Source: Microthyrium microscopicum (Eukaryota). Taken from it: a DNA stretch of 64,000 nucleotides. Shown in pieces: positions 25,272-39,144 of this stretch; position 1 is the first letter of the stretch, and every line of letters starts with the position of its first letter. The translations under genes and the position numbers were made by a program. The stretch covers positions 941,530 through 1,005,529 of the forward strand of contig MU004238.1 of the NCBI GenBank assembly GCA_010405405.1, read 5' to 3'. The notes beneath the pieces are model-generated. The model was given only the letters and a program-made list of their open reading frames with translations, made no database searches and was not told the DNA's origin.

Positions 25272-27785
25272 ATGTCTCCCACTACTCAACCCGTAGAGCC
25301 CGCCACCACAAACACCACGGCCACCACGCAGCCCAATTCTATTCGAAAGCGACGCAGACGAATTGCTGCTACTGGTGCCGCTGATGATTGCTTTACCTGC
25401 CAAAAGCGAAGAATACCTTGTGACCGTCGACGACCATATTGTAAGTTTTAGACTATTTTTCTGAAAGTTATGAAACTAACACTTCAAGGCACTCAATGTC
25501 TTGAGATCGGAAACGATTGCTCTGGTTATAAGACAACTTTAACTTGGGGAGTTGGTGTAGCCAGTCGAGGCAAACTAAGAGGGCTTTCACTTCCAGTGGC
25601 CAATTCTACTCGAAAAGCTTCTCAGGACAATCAAGAAACCAAACCTCAAGAGAAAACATCCTCAAGGTCATCTTCGATATCACATAAACCGACTGACACC
25701 GAACGCACTATGAAGGTTGAGGAATCGAATTACTACTATGGAATGACAAGTCCACAATCAGTCATGTCACCATCCTTCCAATCATCGTACATTCCATCAG
25801 CGCCAATAGCAATTCCCTCGGTATCAAGCCAAGGATGGCACGTTCCAGTATATCACGACCATTTGGAAGAATATGCTTCTCCATCGTCAAAGGCTCAACA
25901 CCAAATGATGGGGCCATCTCCGCTACAACGCGTGGCAAGCTTTAGCCCTGGATCCTACGACGATACCTTGTTTTCGGCCCCTTCTACCGGGTCAGTGGGT
26001 ACTTTCAGTGACAGCGACTTTCCTTCGCCACCTCAAGAGTTGCCGCCTACTCCAGAAGCAACACCGTGCGCAGACCCCTATATCAACAATGCTATGGATC
26101 TATTTTTAAATGGACAGGATGCAGTCCAACTACCTCAGCAATTACCCTTTGACGGGTGTTCGCCATTTGATATGAACTCTGATTCAGGAATAAACTTCAA
26201 TATGGATCCATTCGACACACAAAACATGGGCATGTTTACTATGTCGCCCACAACTCCAGTGTCGGCCATGAGCCAATTAGGAATGAGTCCAACAGCGGCA
26301 CCATACATTTCGCCGGCACGAACGCCATCGGTAGGTTCAACCTCCATGGCTGAGGAGCTCCAGTCTAACCAGCATTCGAGTTGGTCTACTCCAGTGCAAA
26401 GCACCATTCCGATTTCCAAGTACCCCAACTTGTCACCACGTATGGCATACCTTATTGATTACTACGACAAGGCAGTGTGTCCGGTTCTTGTTGCTGTTGA
26501 TGGTCAAAACAACCCCTATCGAGTCCACGTTCTGGCTTTAGCTTCAACCGCAAATCCAACATTACTGAATGCAGTGGCTGCATTAGCTGCCAACGTTCTT
26601 CACCACCGATCAAAGTCAAGTGAGAACAATTATCGCATGAGCCCAGATCCATCTCAACGAGGAGTCTGCGAAGAGGCGCTATACTACAAGAACACGGCCG
26701 TCAACCTCTTCAATACTGCTATTCGTGATCCAGCTGCTGCTCATGACGATGCAATTCTTGCGTCTCTTGTGGTTCTATCTCTCTTCAACATCTCGGAGGG
26801 CGGAATTGGCAAGCTAAAGAGTCAAATGCCTGGCATTCGCCAAATTTTAGCGCTGCGAGGCTCCAATGCCAGTCAGTTCCTCCACTGGGCGACATATTTC
26901 TTCACTCAACTTGATCTTATGTCCGCTGTGGTAAACGACCGACGAACTCAATCTCGCAACAGTACTTTGGATCTGCTTGACTTCTCTGCCAACTTGGGCG
27001 CGTTGGAACACCTTGCAAACTGTGAAGGTCGCATGCTCAAGGTCATTGCTCGTCTTGGTCGTGCCAAATTTGGTAGCTCATGGCCTACACAAGCCCCATC
27101 AACTCCAACCATCAACCCTTTCACTGGCCTTCCAATCTCGAGTCCTCAAGTCAAAGACTTTGGCAGCCTAGACTCCATTGTCAATGACGTGACCTCCACC
27201 GATGCCCGCCAAGAATTCTGGTCTGAATGGCAACACGTCCGCTCTCGCCTTCGTCACTGGTCTCGCGACAGCTTCTCCTCACCCACCACTCCATCCTTCC
27301 CCAATGGAACCAAATCCGAAAACGAATCTCTTCTTGTCACCCACGCCTCCGAGGCCTTCCGTCATGCCGCTCTACTCTTCACCGAGCGTCTCGCTTTTCC
27401 CCACATCCCACCATCCTCTCAGCAAATCCAGCACCTAGTCTCTGCTACTCTCCACCACTTCTCCTCCATCCCCGAAAGCAGTGCACTCAACAAAGTTCTC
27501 CTCTGGCCCCTCATGGTCGTCGGCGCTGAATGCGTCCAGCCCAGAGACCGCGATGTCATCCGCCTACGCTGTGGCGAAGCCATGCGCGAGAGCGGCTTCT
27601 TCGCCGGCCTTAGCGGCCTCGACATTCTCGAGCGCGTATGGGCCGCCGACGATGCCTCCTGGGAACCTCAAGCCGGCCTAGGCTGGGAAAACAAAGGCCA
27701 TATGCCCATGCTAAGCTCCCTCGGCGGACAAGCAGGCCGCTGGCGCCGCGCAATGTGCATGGTCGACCTGCGCATGGTGATGTGA
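25272..27785 (+). CDS. Zn(II)2Cys6 transcription factor, Acr-2-like, with C-terminal fungal TF domain
   Basis: GAADDCFTCQKRRIPCDRRRPYC|TQCLEIGNDCSGYKTTLTWGVGVASRGKLRG. Intron about 25441-25488. C-terminal LLWPLMVVGAEC. Confidence 0.88.
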
Positions 27786-28371
27786 AGAACCTCATCTCGC
27801 CCCTTTTATTTACGATCTTATCTGCATACGCGTCTGAATTTAACGCATACGTTCACGATCGCAACATGCATATCAATGCTAGACCACGTTTTATGGAATA
27901 CTGCATTATATGGGCATACATGGTTGGCGCATTTTATTTTTTGGCTTTTGCAAGTCTGTACATACCCTCTTGGGTGGCTTTTCTCATCATGACCTTTCGA
28001 TATCATTTGTCTTATACCCTTTTTTTGTTCCTTTGCCGATAGACTTGATAAGGAGTTGCATACACTTCCTGTTGGTCACTGGCACCATTTGGCTTTGGCT
28101 TGTTCATCAGCTGTTTGCCGCGCGAGCGTTGGATTGGCATGTAATCGGGAGTTGTTGCAATGCACTTCACGTCCGCGCATGTATGTATATAGTATCTCAT
28201 GTCAAGAATTGACACCAATTATATTCACTCCTTCCCAAACACATTCGAAGTCATTACTGTGGTGGAATCGTCTATTAATAGTCGCATTGTAGCTTCATTA
28301 AACTCATAAATCATAAGTCGTACCATCCCTTCTTTCAGTGACCTCGTCCATCTGATACCATACCAAACTCA

Positions 28372-30089
28372 TCAAGCCTCCACATCAGTCTCCTCCTCTT
28401 CAATCTCAGACAACACACTTGCCCGTCTATCCATCCTCAAGAAAGCTTTATTGACTTCATGTCCCCAATCCGACCACGCAACAATCACCCACTCCAACGC
28501 ACCCACAAGATACAACGCAATACACTGGCCCACCCACAACCCAACAAGCCCCCATCCATGAAACGCCAGATATATGCCCAAAGGTAGCGCTCCACAGTAA
28601 TAGCTGACGATATTAACCGCCGCACCAACATGCTGTCTGCCCATTCCTCTCAACGCACCACCACACGACCCATTCAATCCATCTACGTCACCTCATTAGT
28701 CGCAACCCTTTTCCCTGGTCCGGTAGGAGGAACTTACCAGCGATCTGAAATAGCGCCACATACGGCAACACCTCTGCCGTCAACTTGACCACCTTGCGGT
28801 CATCGTTGAACAGCAGCGCAAAATGCTCTCTAGTCCCCATCAAAATGGCAAGAACTACTACCCCGAGTAACATGGACAGCCAGGCGGCGCAGTTAGCTGC
28901 ACGTGCAGCACCAGTGGCATCGCGTGCACCGAGGAGGTTTCCGACGCGTGCGGATGTTGCGACGCCAACGCCGAAGGGGATGGTGTTCATTACTTGGTCT
29001 GCGGTCATGATTACGGATTGGGCGGCGAGGTCGATAGTGCCAAGTTGACCTGCTACGATTCTGTGGAATGTTAGACAGGGGGAAAGTTTGGGCGAAGTGA
29101 GGAACTTACGCGACGATTTCAAAAGCCCACCATTCAGTGCCAATATGGACGACACCAAGAAAGGCAAGGCGGGCAAAAGTGCCAGTGTTTTGCAAGCATT
29201 TTTTGCTCCAGCCGCCCCAGCATTGCCAGCCGGCGACAAAGCGTGCGTAGGATAGGAGAAGCAGGAAGGAAAGCCAGTAGCTAATTCCAGTCGCGATGGG
29301 GGCGCCCATGAGCCCGAATCCCCAGGTGTTGATGAAGAGATAGTTTAGAACGCCATTTAGAGGAGAAGTGATCAGTAGTACGTAGGTGCCAGGTCGCATT
29401 ATTTCTGATATATGATGAGCAGCGTCCAACATGAAAAATGATTTTAAATTCGCCAACTTACCTTGCGCTTGAAGATACTTCTTGACACATTCAAAGTAGA
29501 TATATCCGAGTCCACCAGGAGCTAGTACAGCTAGAAATCGTGCCGAGTCTCTTGCGATATAATCTTCTTGCCCAAGAGCAATGAATAACGGCTCAGAGAA
29601 GAACCAGAGTACAACAATCGGTATATAAAACGCTGTCAACACCACCACAGCACGCTGCAGGATAACGCCCAGATCATGAAGATTCTTGCTACCTGTGAAT
29701 GTCGCGGAGGCCAGTGTATCAATTGCCGTTGTTCCGCCCAGTGCTATAAGCCAACCCGTGGCCATGGCGAACATGTATGAGAACGCTGCAGTAGCCAGTG
29801 CTTCTGGAGACAATCGGCCCACCACAAGTACTGAAACAGTCTGTAGAGAGTTTTGAAGCGCATAAGCCAATATCACTGGAATGGATCCGCGGATGAGAAT
29901 CCAGAATTCCTGGAGGATGACTCGCGATCGCGGAATTGGGTTGCCATCTTCATCTTGCTCGACGAGTGTCGAGGTCGATTCTTCTTGGAGTAGTGCGGTC
30001 CGTTCATTTGGGTCTTCTTCACTGACGACACTTAGGCGTCGTATGGCCGGGCCCGAGGACGGCACTGATAGACTTCCAGCTCGCGGCAT
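28372..30089 (-). CDS. MATE family efflux transporter
   Basis: [36 protein letters not shown] and GALRGMGRQ across four exons. The start codon could lie slightly upstream. Confidence 0.9.
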
Positions 30090-31463
30090 CTGGAGTTTTG
30101 GAAGTAAGTCCAGTCCAGTCTGAAAATATCGAACTCCTAGTGGAGATACTTTGATTTGCGTATATTAGATGCAGCAAGGTACTTCTACGGCTTCACTTGC
30201 TCTCGTGAGTTTGGAAGTCCATTGGCATCATCGGGCATTTTATCCACTGTGGCCGGCTGAGCCTAGCGGGTACATTACCTCCAATGGGTTAACAATCTGC
30301 AAAGGCCATTGGGAAGTCTGGCAAGCTACATGCTTGCAAGCAATGGAGCTCGCAGAAGCTAAGAACCTGGCCTGGATCGGCAACAGTGCGAATGGCGAGT
30401 TTGAAGCGGCCTCTAGGAAAACAGTTCACGATTACCCTGCCAATGCGTTGTTCAGCAGCTTGGATGAAGCTTTGCGTAGCGAGTGGAGCAGCATTTGGTT
30501 TTGTTCCAGCCAAATTTGAAGTGCAGATGTCGCATGCAGGCGCTAGGCGCAACATGAACTAGCGCCGTTCCGGGCCTTTGGATTGGCGAAGAGCTTCGAG
30601 TAATGGAAACAGCACGCGATAAGCTCCACGACGATTTCAGCGACTTGTCCCGGCTCTTGCTATACATGAAAAATCCATATTTTCTGTCAATTGGATGCAG
30701 TGGAGATCGATTGTGCGTTCTGTCTACTTAGAATCGCGGAGCCGCGTTGTTGCAACGTTGGAATTGATCTTGAAAGCGCGATGACATGAATGATACAGTT
30801 GGAACAAGATGCAATTGAGGAAGCGGAAAGAATACCGCCCTCATGATTGGCCACGAGGCTGAACATGGCCCATGTCTTGGCGTGGGATTCCCGATTCGGA
30901 ACTTACCATTGCAAGACTTCACGCTGTTTCTGTCTCTGTCACGTCTGACAAGGCACGGAAATATCTTTCTACGCGTCCCACAATTGGTCACAGCTGGTAA
31001 CTTATCAAGTTCTAGAGTCTGACTGTACTCACCATACCTTTTCAAGCGATTCCCGCTAGGGTGACAAAGGTTGGTATCTAGAGATAAGGATTATGGGATG
31101 CTTCACGCCCAACTCGCGTGTCTACCGCTGAGATTTTCAGATGGTCTAACTCATGTCGGTTACATTGCCACATGATGAAGACCCCTCTGCGTGGGTAAGT
31201 GGAGTAAAGCGCCTGATGGCGTCCAAATTCTATTACCGATTCGCTCTTGTTGGCCCAAGGATATGGGATGATTCGAGATCTGTATCTACCGTACGGCGCA
31301 TGCGGTCCAGAACGTGGAGCTGGGCAGCTTCTTTTTCTTCGTCGACTTCGCGTTTAAACCAGCTTCGTCTGTTGCTCGTCTCTTCGAAGATTGAAGCTTT
31401 ACGGTCAAGCGTTAGTCACATTCGAGTCTCACCGACACATGTGTATGATTACACTCGAACGCC

Positions 31464-33486
31464 ATGTCCGAACTCGAGCACAAAACCGAATACAATGACG
31501 TGGACGAGAAAGGCGTGGTAGCGACACCAAACGGACTGGTCTTGAATGCATCTGGCCATGAAGATGTCTTGACGCGTCAATATTCGATTTGGTCGCTGAT
31601 AGGATTGGCTTTGACTGTTGATAATGCCTGGATCGCGCTGGGCGGAAGTCTTTATCTCTCACTATGTATGAAATGGAGAGAATTGCCCAGAAGTTTGCGA
31701 TATTGATGTCATACAGATAATGGTGGTCCGCCTGGTATTCTCTATGAGCTGATTGTTGCTGTGATCTACTATTTGTTCATTGGCGCATGTATTGCTGAGG
31801 TTTGACAACTAGATCCATGAAACTCAAACCGTACTGACGGTACTATAGTTCGCTTCCGCAATCCCATCTGCTGGAGGTGTCTACCACTGGGCCAGGTACC
31901 AATCCTCGATAGCATCGGCTTGGGTTCTTGTGTTAACTGCAGAGTAGTATCACTCCCGGACCAGGTGTTGGACGAATGCTTGGGTTCTTCACAGGATCAA
32001 TCAACTTTTTTGGATGGATGTTTGACTTGGCTAGTGTAAGTTGAGAACAGGATCCAGAAAGGAAACATTGTGGTTCCATTCTAACTCAATCAGATTGCGC
32101 AAATCGAAGCTGAAGTCTCCGTTCAGCTTTACGCCTCGTTACATACAGACCTCGTCATCCAGCCATGGCATACCTACGTTGCATTTCTGTTATTGACCTG
32201 GTTGAGCGTACTGTTCTGCATCTTTTGCAACAATCTTATTCCTAAACTACAAAACACTGGACTGTTCATTATTCTAGCTGGCGGTCTTACTACTATCATC
32301 GTCCTTGCAGCCATGCCAAAACAACATGCTAGCACTGCCACAGTGTTCAGAGACTGGGAGAATGGGACTGGTTGGCCCTCTGGAGTAGCATTCTTGACTG
32401 GCTGTCTTAATGGCGCTTTCACGATAGGCACGCCTGATGCCATTACTCACTTGGTATGTTGCAGCAGCCCTTATAGGCGACTCTTACTTGATAGTGGAAG
32501 CTGACGTAGTCATCCAGGCTGAAGAATTGCCAAACCCAGCTCGCGATCTACCAAAGGCTATATTTATTCAAATTGGCCTTGGAGGCATCAGTAAGTCGCT
32601 GACATCATTATCCTTCTATAGCTATGCTGATCCTGATAGCTGCCTTTCTATTTGCGGTTGCGGTACTATATGGAATCAATGATTTCAGTGCTGTCCAAAG
32701 CAGCAACGGAGCCTTCCCCTTGGCCGAAGCATACAACCAAGCTACAGGCAGCGCCGGAGCCACCTTTGGTCTTCTGTTCATCATATTTCTGTCACTACTT
32801 ATCTGTCTAGTTGGCACATTCCTGACGGTAAGAACCATTATTCGATGTTCAAAGACAAAGCTAACAGAGTCGTAGTTGAGTCGCATATGGTGGGCTTTGG
32901 CCCGTGATAACGCGACTCCGTTTAGTTCCTTCTTCAGCAAAGTCAATACAAGACTGAGCTGCCCGGTTCCAGCATTGATTCTCATCGGTATATTAGACAT
33001 TACTGTGTGTTGAGTCTGAAAGCTAACTTTCAAAGGCGTAATCTGCACAGGACTCGGTGCCATTACTCTTGGCTCCAAGACCGCCTTCGCAGATTTGGCT
33101 GGCAGCTTCATTATTCTCTCGACGACATCGTATGCGCTGCCCATAATAGGCCATCTGGCGAAGGGTCGACGTTCGATCAGGCCTGGTCCATTCTGGATGG
33201 GTAAAGCTGGGTTCCCAGTCCAGATCATAGCTGTGTTGGCTATCATTATATTCAACATTTTCTATTGCTTCCGTAAGTGGTTTATTCTGAGCTTCGACGT
33301 AACGTTTCTGACATTTGATTAGCGCCAGCATTGCCAACGACGACGGAAAGCATGAACTACAATAGCGTTATTCTGGTTGGTGTGCTAGTTTTGACTGCCA
33401 TCTGGTGGGTAATTCATGGAATGCGCAAGTACGAGGGACCAAAGATTGCTCTGCTTCATACTGAAGGAATTGAGCCGGTTCATTAG
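31464..33486 (+). CDS. APC-superfamily amino acid/amine permease (GABA/choline permease-like)
   Basis: NGGPPG, AE|FASAIPSAGGVYHWA, GTPDAITHL|AEELPNP, ARDNATPFS, PGPFWMG and MNYNSV. About 10 short introns. Confidence 0.88.
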
Positions 33487-34354
33487 ACAATGTAGCTTAT
33501 AGGCTGCTTTACATTCGAAGATTCTTAACAATACAATTACTAGAACCACAAACCCAAGTCGTTATTTGTGCCTTGGATCTGCTGAGCATTTATTTACCTA
33601 CACCAGTACCATATAAACCGCTTGAAATCTTGGAAACTTCACTAACACCTGTTGCCCATAAAACCTGGGACATTTTTTTATTTCGTTGTGGGTTCTTTAC
33701 ACCCTTATCTTCAACTTCGTACCTCGATTCTAGACCTCCACACTTATACAAGGTCAACCCCATAAAAACCGAACACGCACGCTACGAGAGCTCGAACATT
33801 AGCTTCTCAATTGGTCAATTATGGAGCTCTCAACGCAGCTAAACACCACTGAACCCTGCCTATAAGCTTCACCGGCAGATAAGCATGCATCATCATTTCT
33901 TCGAACCACCAGAGAGACTTCATGTCGTCACTCCCGTCATCGCATACTCAGTCTGGGCATGCAATTGAACGCTTCGTTTGCCAAAAGAAGCCAATTACCC
34001 ACAAGTCTAAATATCTCAGCCGTTGATAGTTTTCCCACGCGAGCTTCTAGTCAGCCAATAGGCGAGTACCGCCGCCTGCCGAGCTGTTGTTCATGCTTCG
34101 TACAGATGAACTGTGCAAGCTCCGGGATCGAGGACGTCGTTTTGACTAACGAATAGCTCAAATCATGAGAAGTCGTATCAATTGCCATGGCGAGCTTGGA
34201 GATTACCCCTCCGATGTGGGGCGAGTGATGATGCCCACAGTGAGATCAAATTCCATGGTTACTTGGTTCTTTTAAGTTGGAGAATAGTTGTTGTTTACTT
34301 TCTTGCATCCTCATCATCCTGCCGTAGTCGTTTGATTTGTAGCAGTTACATACC

Positions 34355-35976
34355 ATGAAGTGGACTTTAGTGACAGCTTCGAGCTTGCTCGCAGCCGTAG
34401 CAGCTCATGATCATGAGCATCAAAAGCCCATGGAAGGGCCACATCAAGGCTTGTGGTATAATACTCTTCCAGGTGACGGTGGAACACAGGTTCGTTCATC
34501 ATGTCCCTAGGAAATACGCCGACTCAATTGACACATTCAAGGCCGATTCAGTCTTCTCTGGCATTTCTACCTTTGGCAGAATCCCGTACCACCCATGCTT
34601 GGCCAGTGACGATGTCAAATACGACATTGCCTTCATAGGCGCTCCCTTTGATACAGGTGAATACAACTTGGGAGGATATTCGTTTCAGACATGTACTGAC
34701 ACTGCTCAGCAACGTCTTACCGACCTGGCGCACGATTCGGTCCATCTGGAATCAGGCAGGGCAGTCGCCGATTGAATCTCTAGTACGTATTACTCTAAGC
34801 TGATTGTAGAACTAGGCTCACGCAGGGTTGGATTTAGCGGTAAGAACATCCTGTGTTTCTGAAGATACGAAGAACAAAGCTCATTCGTGCCATAGGAGGT
34901 TATAACGTTCCATTGAAAGCGAACCCGTTCAACAGTTGGGCAAAAGTGTTGGACTGCGGCGATATTCCAGTCACGTCGTAAGTAGAGCCTCAAACTGAAT
35001 TTGAAATAACGACTAAGAATCGTGTGATGCAGCTACGACAATGCCTGGGCTATCCAGCAAATTGAAGAGGGACATCACAGCATCCTCAACCGAAAGCCAA
35101 AAACCGACGCAGAGGTAGAAGGGCTCTACTCAAAGAGTGGCAAGACATTGCCTCGTGTTGTCACCCTGGGAGGAGACCATACCATTACTCTCCCGCTCTT
35201 ACGTTCTATCAACCGAGCTTACGGCCCCATTACCGTCATCCATTTTGACAGTCATCTGTAACTGCAACCTTTTCTGAATATCGAACTCGCACTAATGGCG
35301 TGGCAGTGACACCTGGAAGCCCAAAGTATTCGGCGGCTCTCCCAGCAAACAAGCAAGCATCAACCACGGAACTTACTTCTTCCACGCCGCCAACGAGGGT
35401 TTGCTCGCCAATGACAGCAATATCCATGCTGGCATCCGAACCACGCTTTCCGGTCCCAGTGACTACGAGCACGACGGATACTGTGGTTTCGAGATTGTCG
35501 AAGCTCGAGAAATAGACACGATTGGAACAAAGGGAATCATTGACAAGATTATTAAACGAGTTGGCACTGAAAAGCCAGTGTACTTGAGCATCGACATTGA
35601 CACTTTGGATCCTGCGTGTAAGTTGATGATAGTGGTTTAATCTTCGACATGTCTAACTTCTTCCAGTTGCTCCAGCCACAGGAACTCCAGAGACTGGCGG
35701 CTGGTCAACTCGCGAGCTTCGAACAATCATTCGCGGGCTTGAAAGCCTCAACTTTGTAGCCGCAGATATCGTCGAGGTTGCGCCAGCCTATGACACCAAT
35801 GCTGAGTTAACCACAATGGCCGCGGCAGATGTGTTGTACGAGGTCATCACAATCTGGGTGAGTATGATCCGCTCCTTGACATATTCGTACTGACATTTTT
35901 GTAGGTTAAGAAGGGGCCTCTCAGCGTTGAAGCCGAGAAGTTCACTCGAGAATATCAAGATGCTCCAGCCAGCTAA
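34355..35976 (+). CDS. Ureohydrolase (agmatinase/guanidinobutyrase family) with signal-peptide-like N-terminus
   Basis: [47 protein letters not shown] and [11 protein letters not shown] motifs. Multiple introns, including a 2-nt exon at 34838-34839. Confidence 0.92.
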
Positions 35977-36195
35977 TCCTCTGGAGTTCAACTCGAGACT
36001 CAAATTTGCTAATGAGAAGCTGGAATGAAGAGTAGGGGTATCCAACATTATATTATTACAAAAATAATACAAATCCAAATACAAGCTCCTATTATACAAA
36101 AATAACTAGTTCCCAATCCAACCACAGTCATAAACATTATTATTACACCAAGTGACATTCCCTACCATAGCAAATGCAACTCCCCAAACAGAAGT

Positions 36196-37495
36196 TCACT
36201 CTCCAACTCTCGCCTCCTCACTGCCCACCTGAGCAGCCATCTTCTTCTTCAACCCCTTCAACTTCTCCATCCGCATCTCCCACCCGAGCCTCGCCTGCTC
36301 CTCCGCCGCCTTCGCCTTCTCCCACTTCATCAAACCCTCCCCCGCTTCCGCCGCAGCATCATGCAGCGCACCCGCCCCTTCCAACAGCGCCAGTAGGCGT
36401 CCGTCTTCCGGCAGGCGCGCTGACACTTTGTCCACGCGGAAGCGCAGGGCGTTCACCTCCAGTAGTGCTGCTTTTAACGCCTGCATGGCGGCGTCCTCCT
36501 TGCCGGACGCGGGCGCCCGGATGGTCGCAATGGGCATGCTGGCTGTGGCAGGGCCAGCAGAGGCCATGGTGGTGCCCTTGAAGGGCGAGGAGCGCGGGAT
36601 GCGCGAGGGCGTGTTGGTGGTGCTGGAAGGGGGGACGGCCTTCCGTGGTGATGGTTTGGGGGGTGGTGGTGGTGGGGAGGAGGAGGGGGAGCGTGGGCTC
36701 AGGGCGGCTTTGGACTTGCGCCGCAGCAAGTTCCGGAAACCGAATCTGCTTTTTGCGGCAGGGCGCGTTGTGGTGGTGGTGGGTGTTGGTAGTGGTGGCT
36801 GGCTAGGCCGGGCGATAGCCAAAAGGTCGTTTTTGGAAGGGGTGACGGCTTCCTTGGTGGTGAGGGCAATGCCCATCTTGGTGGTGGCGGTGGTGGAGAG
36901 GGGGAAGGGAGGAGCTGGCTTCTCCTCCGAGATGAAGGAGAATCCCTTGAAGGCTGAGGGAGGAGAAAAGCGGTTTGGTGCTGGCTTTGGTGGAGCCAGG
37001 AGGGAGCGACGGTTCATTGGGTCTGGTGATGTACCGCGCAAAGCAGGAGGAAGAGTGTCGACGTCTCTCTGTAATATATTAGAGGTCTGATGGAGAACAA
37101 CGTACTTGATGGGTGGTATCATTTCTGGTGGTTGAGATGAGAGTTTCTGGCCGAAGCGCCATTTGCTAAATATAAGTACCGATATAGCTTGCAATATCAA
37201 AGTCAACCCTCCAAATACGAGTCCAAATCCCCATCCAGCCCGCACCCATGCCATCATACGCCTCAATCGCAGTGCAAGTCACGATATCACGACATATCAA
37301 AGCATAAGGACTTACAGATGGACGACGACCAAGCGTCGGAGCAGTCATGTTGCCCGTGGGTCGTGGTAGTAGTGATTGGCCAGATTGGCCTCGTGAATTG
37401 AGTCGCGGGCGACGTATTGGGAGACCGGTATCCATTGGTCGCTGTTGCTGGCGACGAGGATCCGAAGGACGGCGCTGTTGCTTGTTGAAGTCCAT
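36196..37495 (-). CDS. Hypothetical Pro/Ser-rich protein with C-terminal coiled coil
   Basis: Long GC-rich ORF. A phase-0 intron 37069-37315 (GTAAGT…CTAAT…CAG) joins MDFNKQQ…RRPS to RDVDTLPP. Start codon uncertain. Confidence 0.55.
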
Positions 37496-39144
37496 TGCTT
37501 TACACACAAGAAGAAAGACTGGTGAGTTTTGTGTGGGAGAAGATGGTAGTGAAGCAAGCTTGGAAGAGGAAGTGAAGGTGAGATGGAGGAGAGGGGTTAG
37601 AGCCAAAACCACAGGCGAATATTCCATTGTGGGGTGTTGCTCTGGGGAGTCGCTAGGTGGAGGAGACATGATGATATTGAGGTATCCGGGAGTCACTGAG
37701 GAGTGGGAGGACGGGCAGGAGCTGTAGCAGTTGGCTGGAAATAGAAAGAACTCTCCCCAATAGAGAACTATAGCCTCGAGTAGTATGATATGAATATGAA
37801 TTGATATGTATTGTGGAAATCCAGTATGAGTGAGGACATTGGGAACCTGAGAGATGGTCATTGGAAATGAGATATGGGATCTGTCTGGTTTAAAGCAACA
37901 CAAGATACATTTTTTGGAGTTGGATCCATGGTATATAAGCCCAGTGATATTCAAACGGATAGGTGCCGAGATTGATGAGTACCCGTCTTGTGTACGACAG
38001 ATACATTTCCAGAAGGGATCCTAAGAAATGCAAAGAGGGTCAAGAAAGCCGCAAGCAGCCATGTAGCAGCCAATGGGCCGACGGTAGGTATCGAGATGTG
38101 ACCAAGGCTCAAGCATCGTCCCTAGCTTTTTAATAAGCATCGAATTCATGATGACACTTCCCAGCTCTTGAAGTTTGGCGATAAGATACACATTATCAAG
38201 TCTGCAACACCGCAACGTCAAGTTCCTAGATCTCGACAAGCACCGCATAAACCAGTGCAACCGCACCACCAAACGCGGTGGATGTTGACAGGATCGAGGA
38301 ACGCGTCGATGTTGACATTGCCTGATTACAACTCACGCGTTGCAGAATCGAGAAGCAGGCTCCTATGCTTCATTAGCTCTCGAACATGTGGACAGCAAAC
38401 ACATTGTACGATGGTACTTCAGCTCAATATATGAAAGGAAAATAACTTTTATGGATTGAAACTGGCCTATGAAAAGCCGAAAACTTACCTAAAGTCGAAA
38501 AACCTTAAGTTGAAAAGTCAGGTCGAGTAGTGTATCTAGGTAACACGCATGAATCCACGGCTAGGATCAAGCTAACATACACACCATATTCTGCCGTGAA
38601 GCCAAGCGTAAGAGACTGATGCCGACAATACGAAGCAATGGTACAAACACGGCCATGCAAACATAGCAGAACGAGCAGGCATGGATAACAGTGGTACGAA
38701 AAAGGTCAGTCGGACACAACGAAGCGCTGGAAATCAAGACGCAGTCAAGATATAGATATTGATGAGACAACCGCCGAAAAGGAACATACAAAAGCCACCC
38801 AAAATGGTGGCATGGGAAAGCAACAACATGCAATCAGCCTTTTGTAGACCACCAGTCAAACACACCACGCCTCGCTTGCCATGATTCCCGGCACAGAGAT
38901 CGAAAAAGTTATCAAAAAAGGTTATCAAAGGTAAAACAGCAACGCCACAGAAGAACAGAAAGTTGTGATAATTCGCTTTTTCTCGTATAAAACAATCCAG
39001 GCCCCGAAAGTTTGAAGAGGAACGGCATCATGCCCTTTCCGTCGTATGAAATCCTGCTGCCAGACTTGAGATGTGTAATTCCGTCCGACGTCATATAGCC
39101 TTTTTTTCCAGTAGGGTAGCTCGATACTGCGATCTGCCAGTCAA

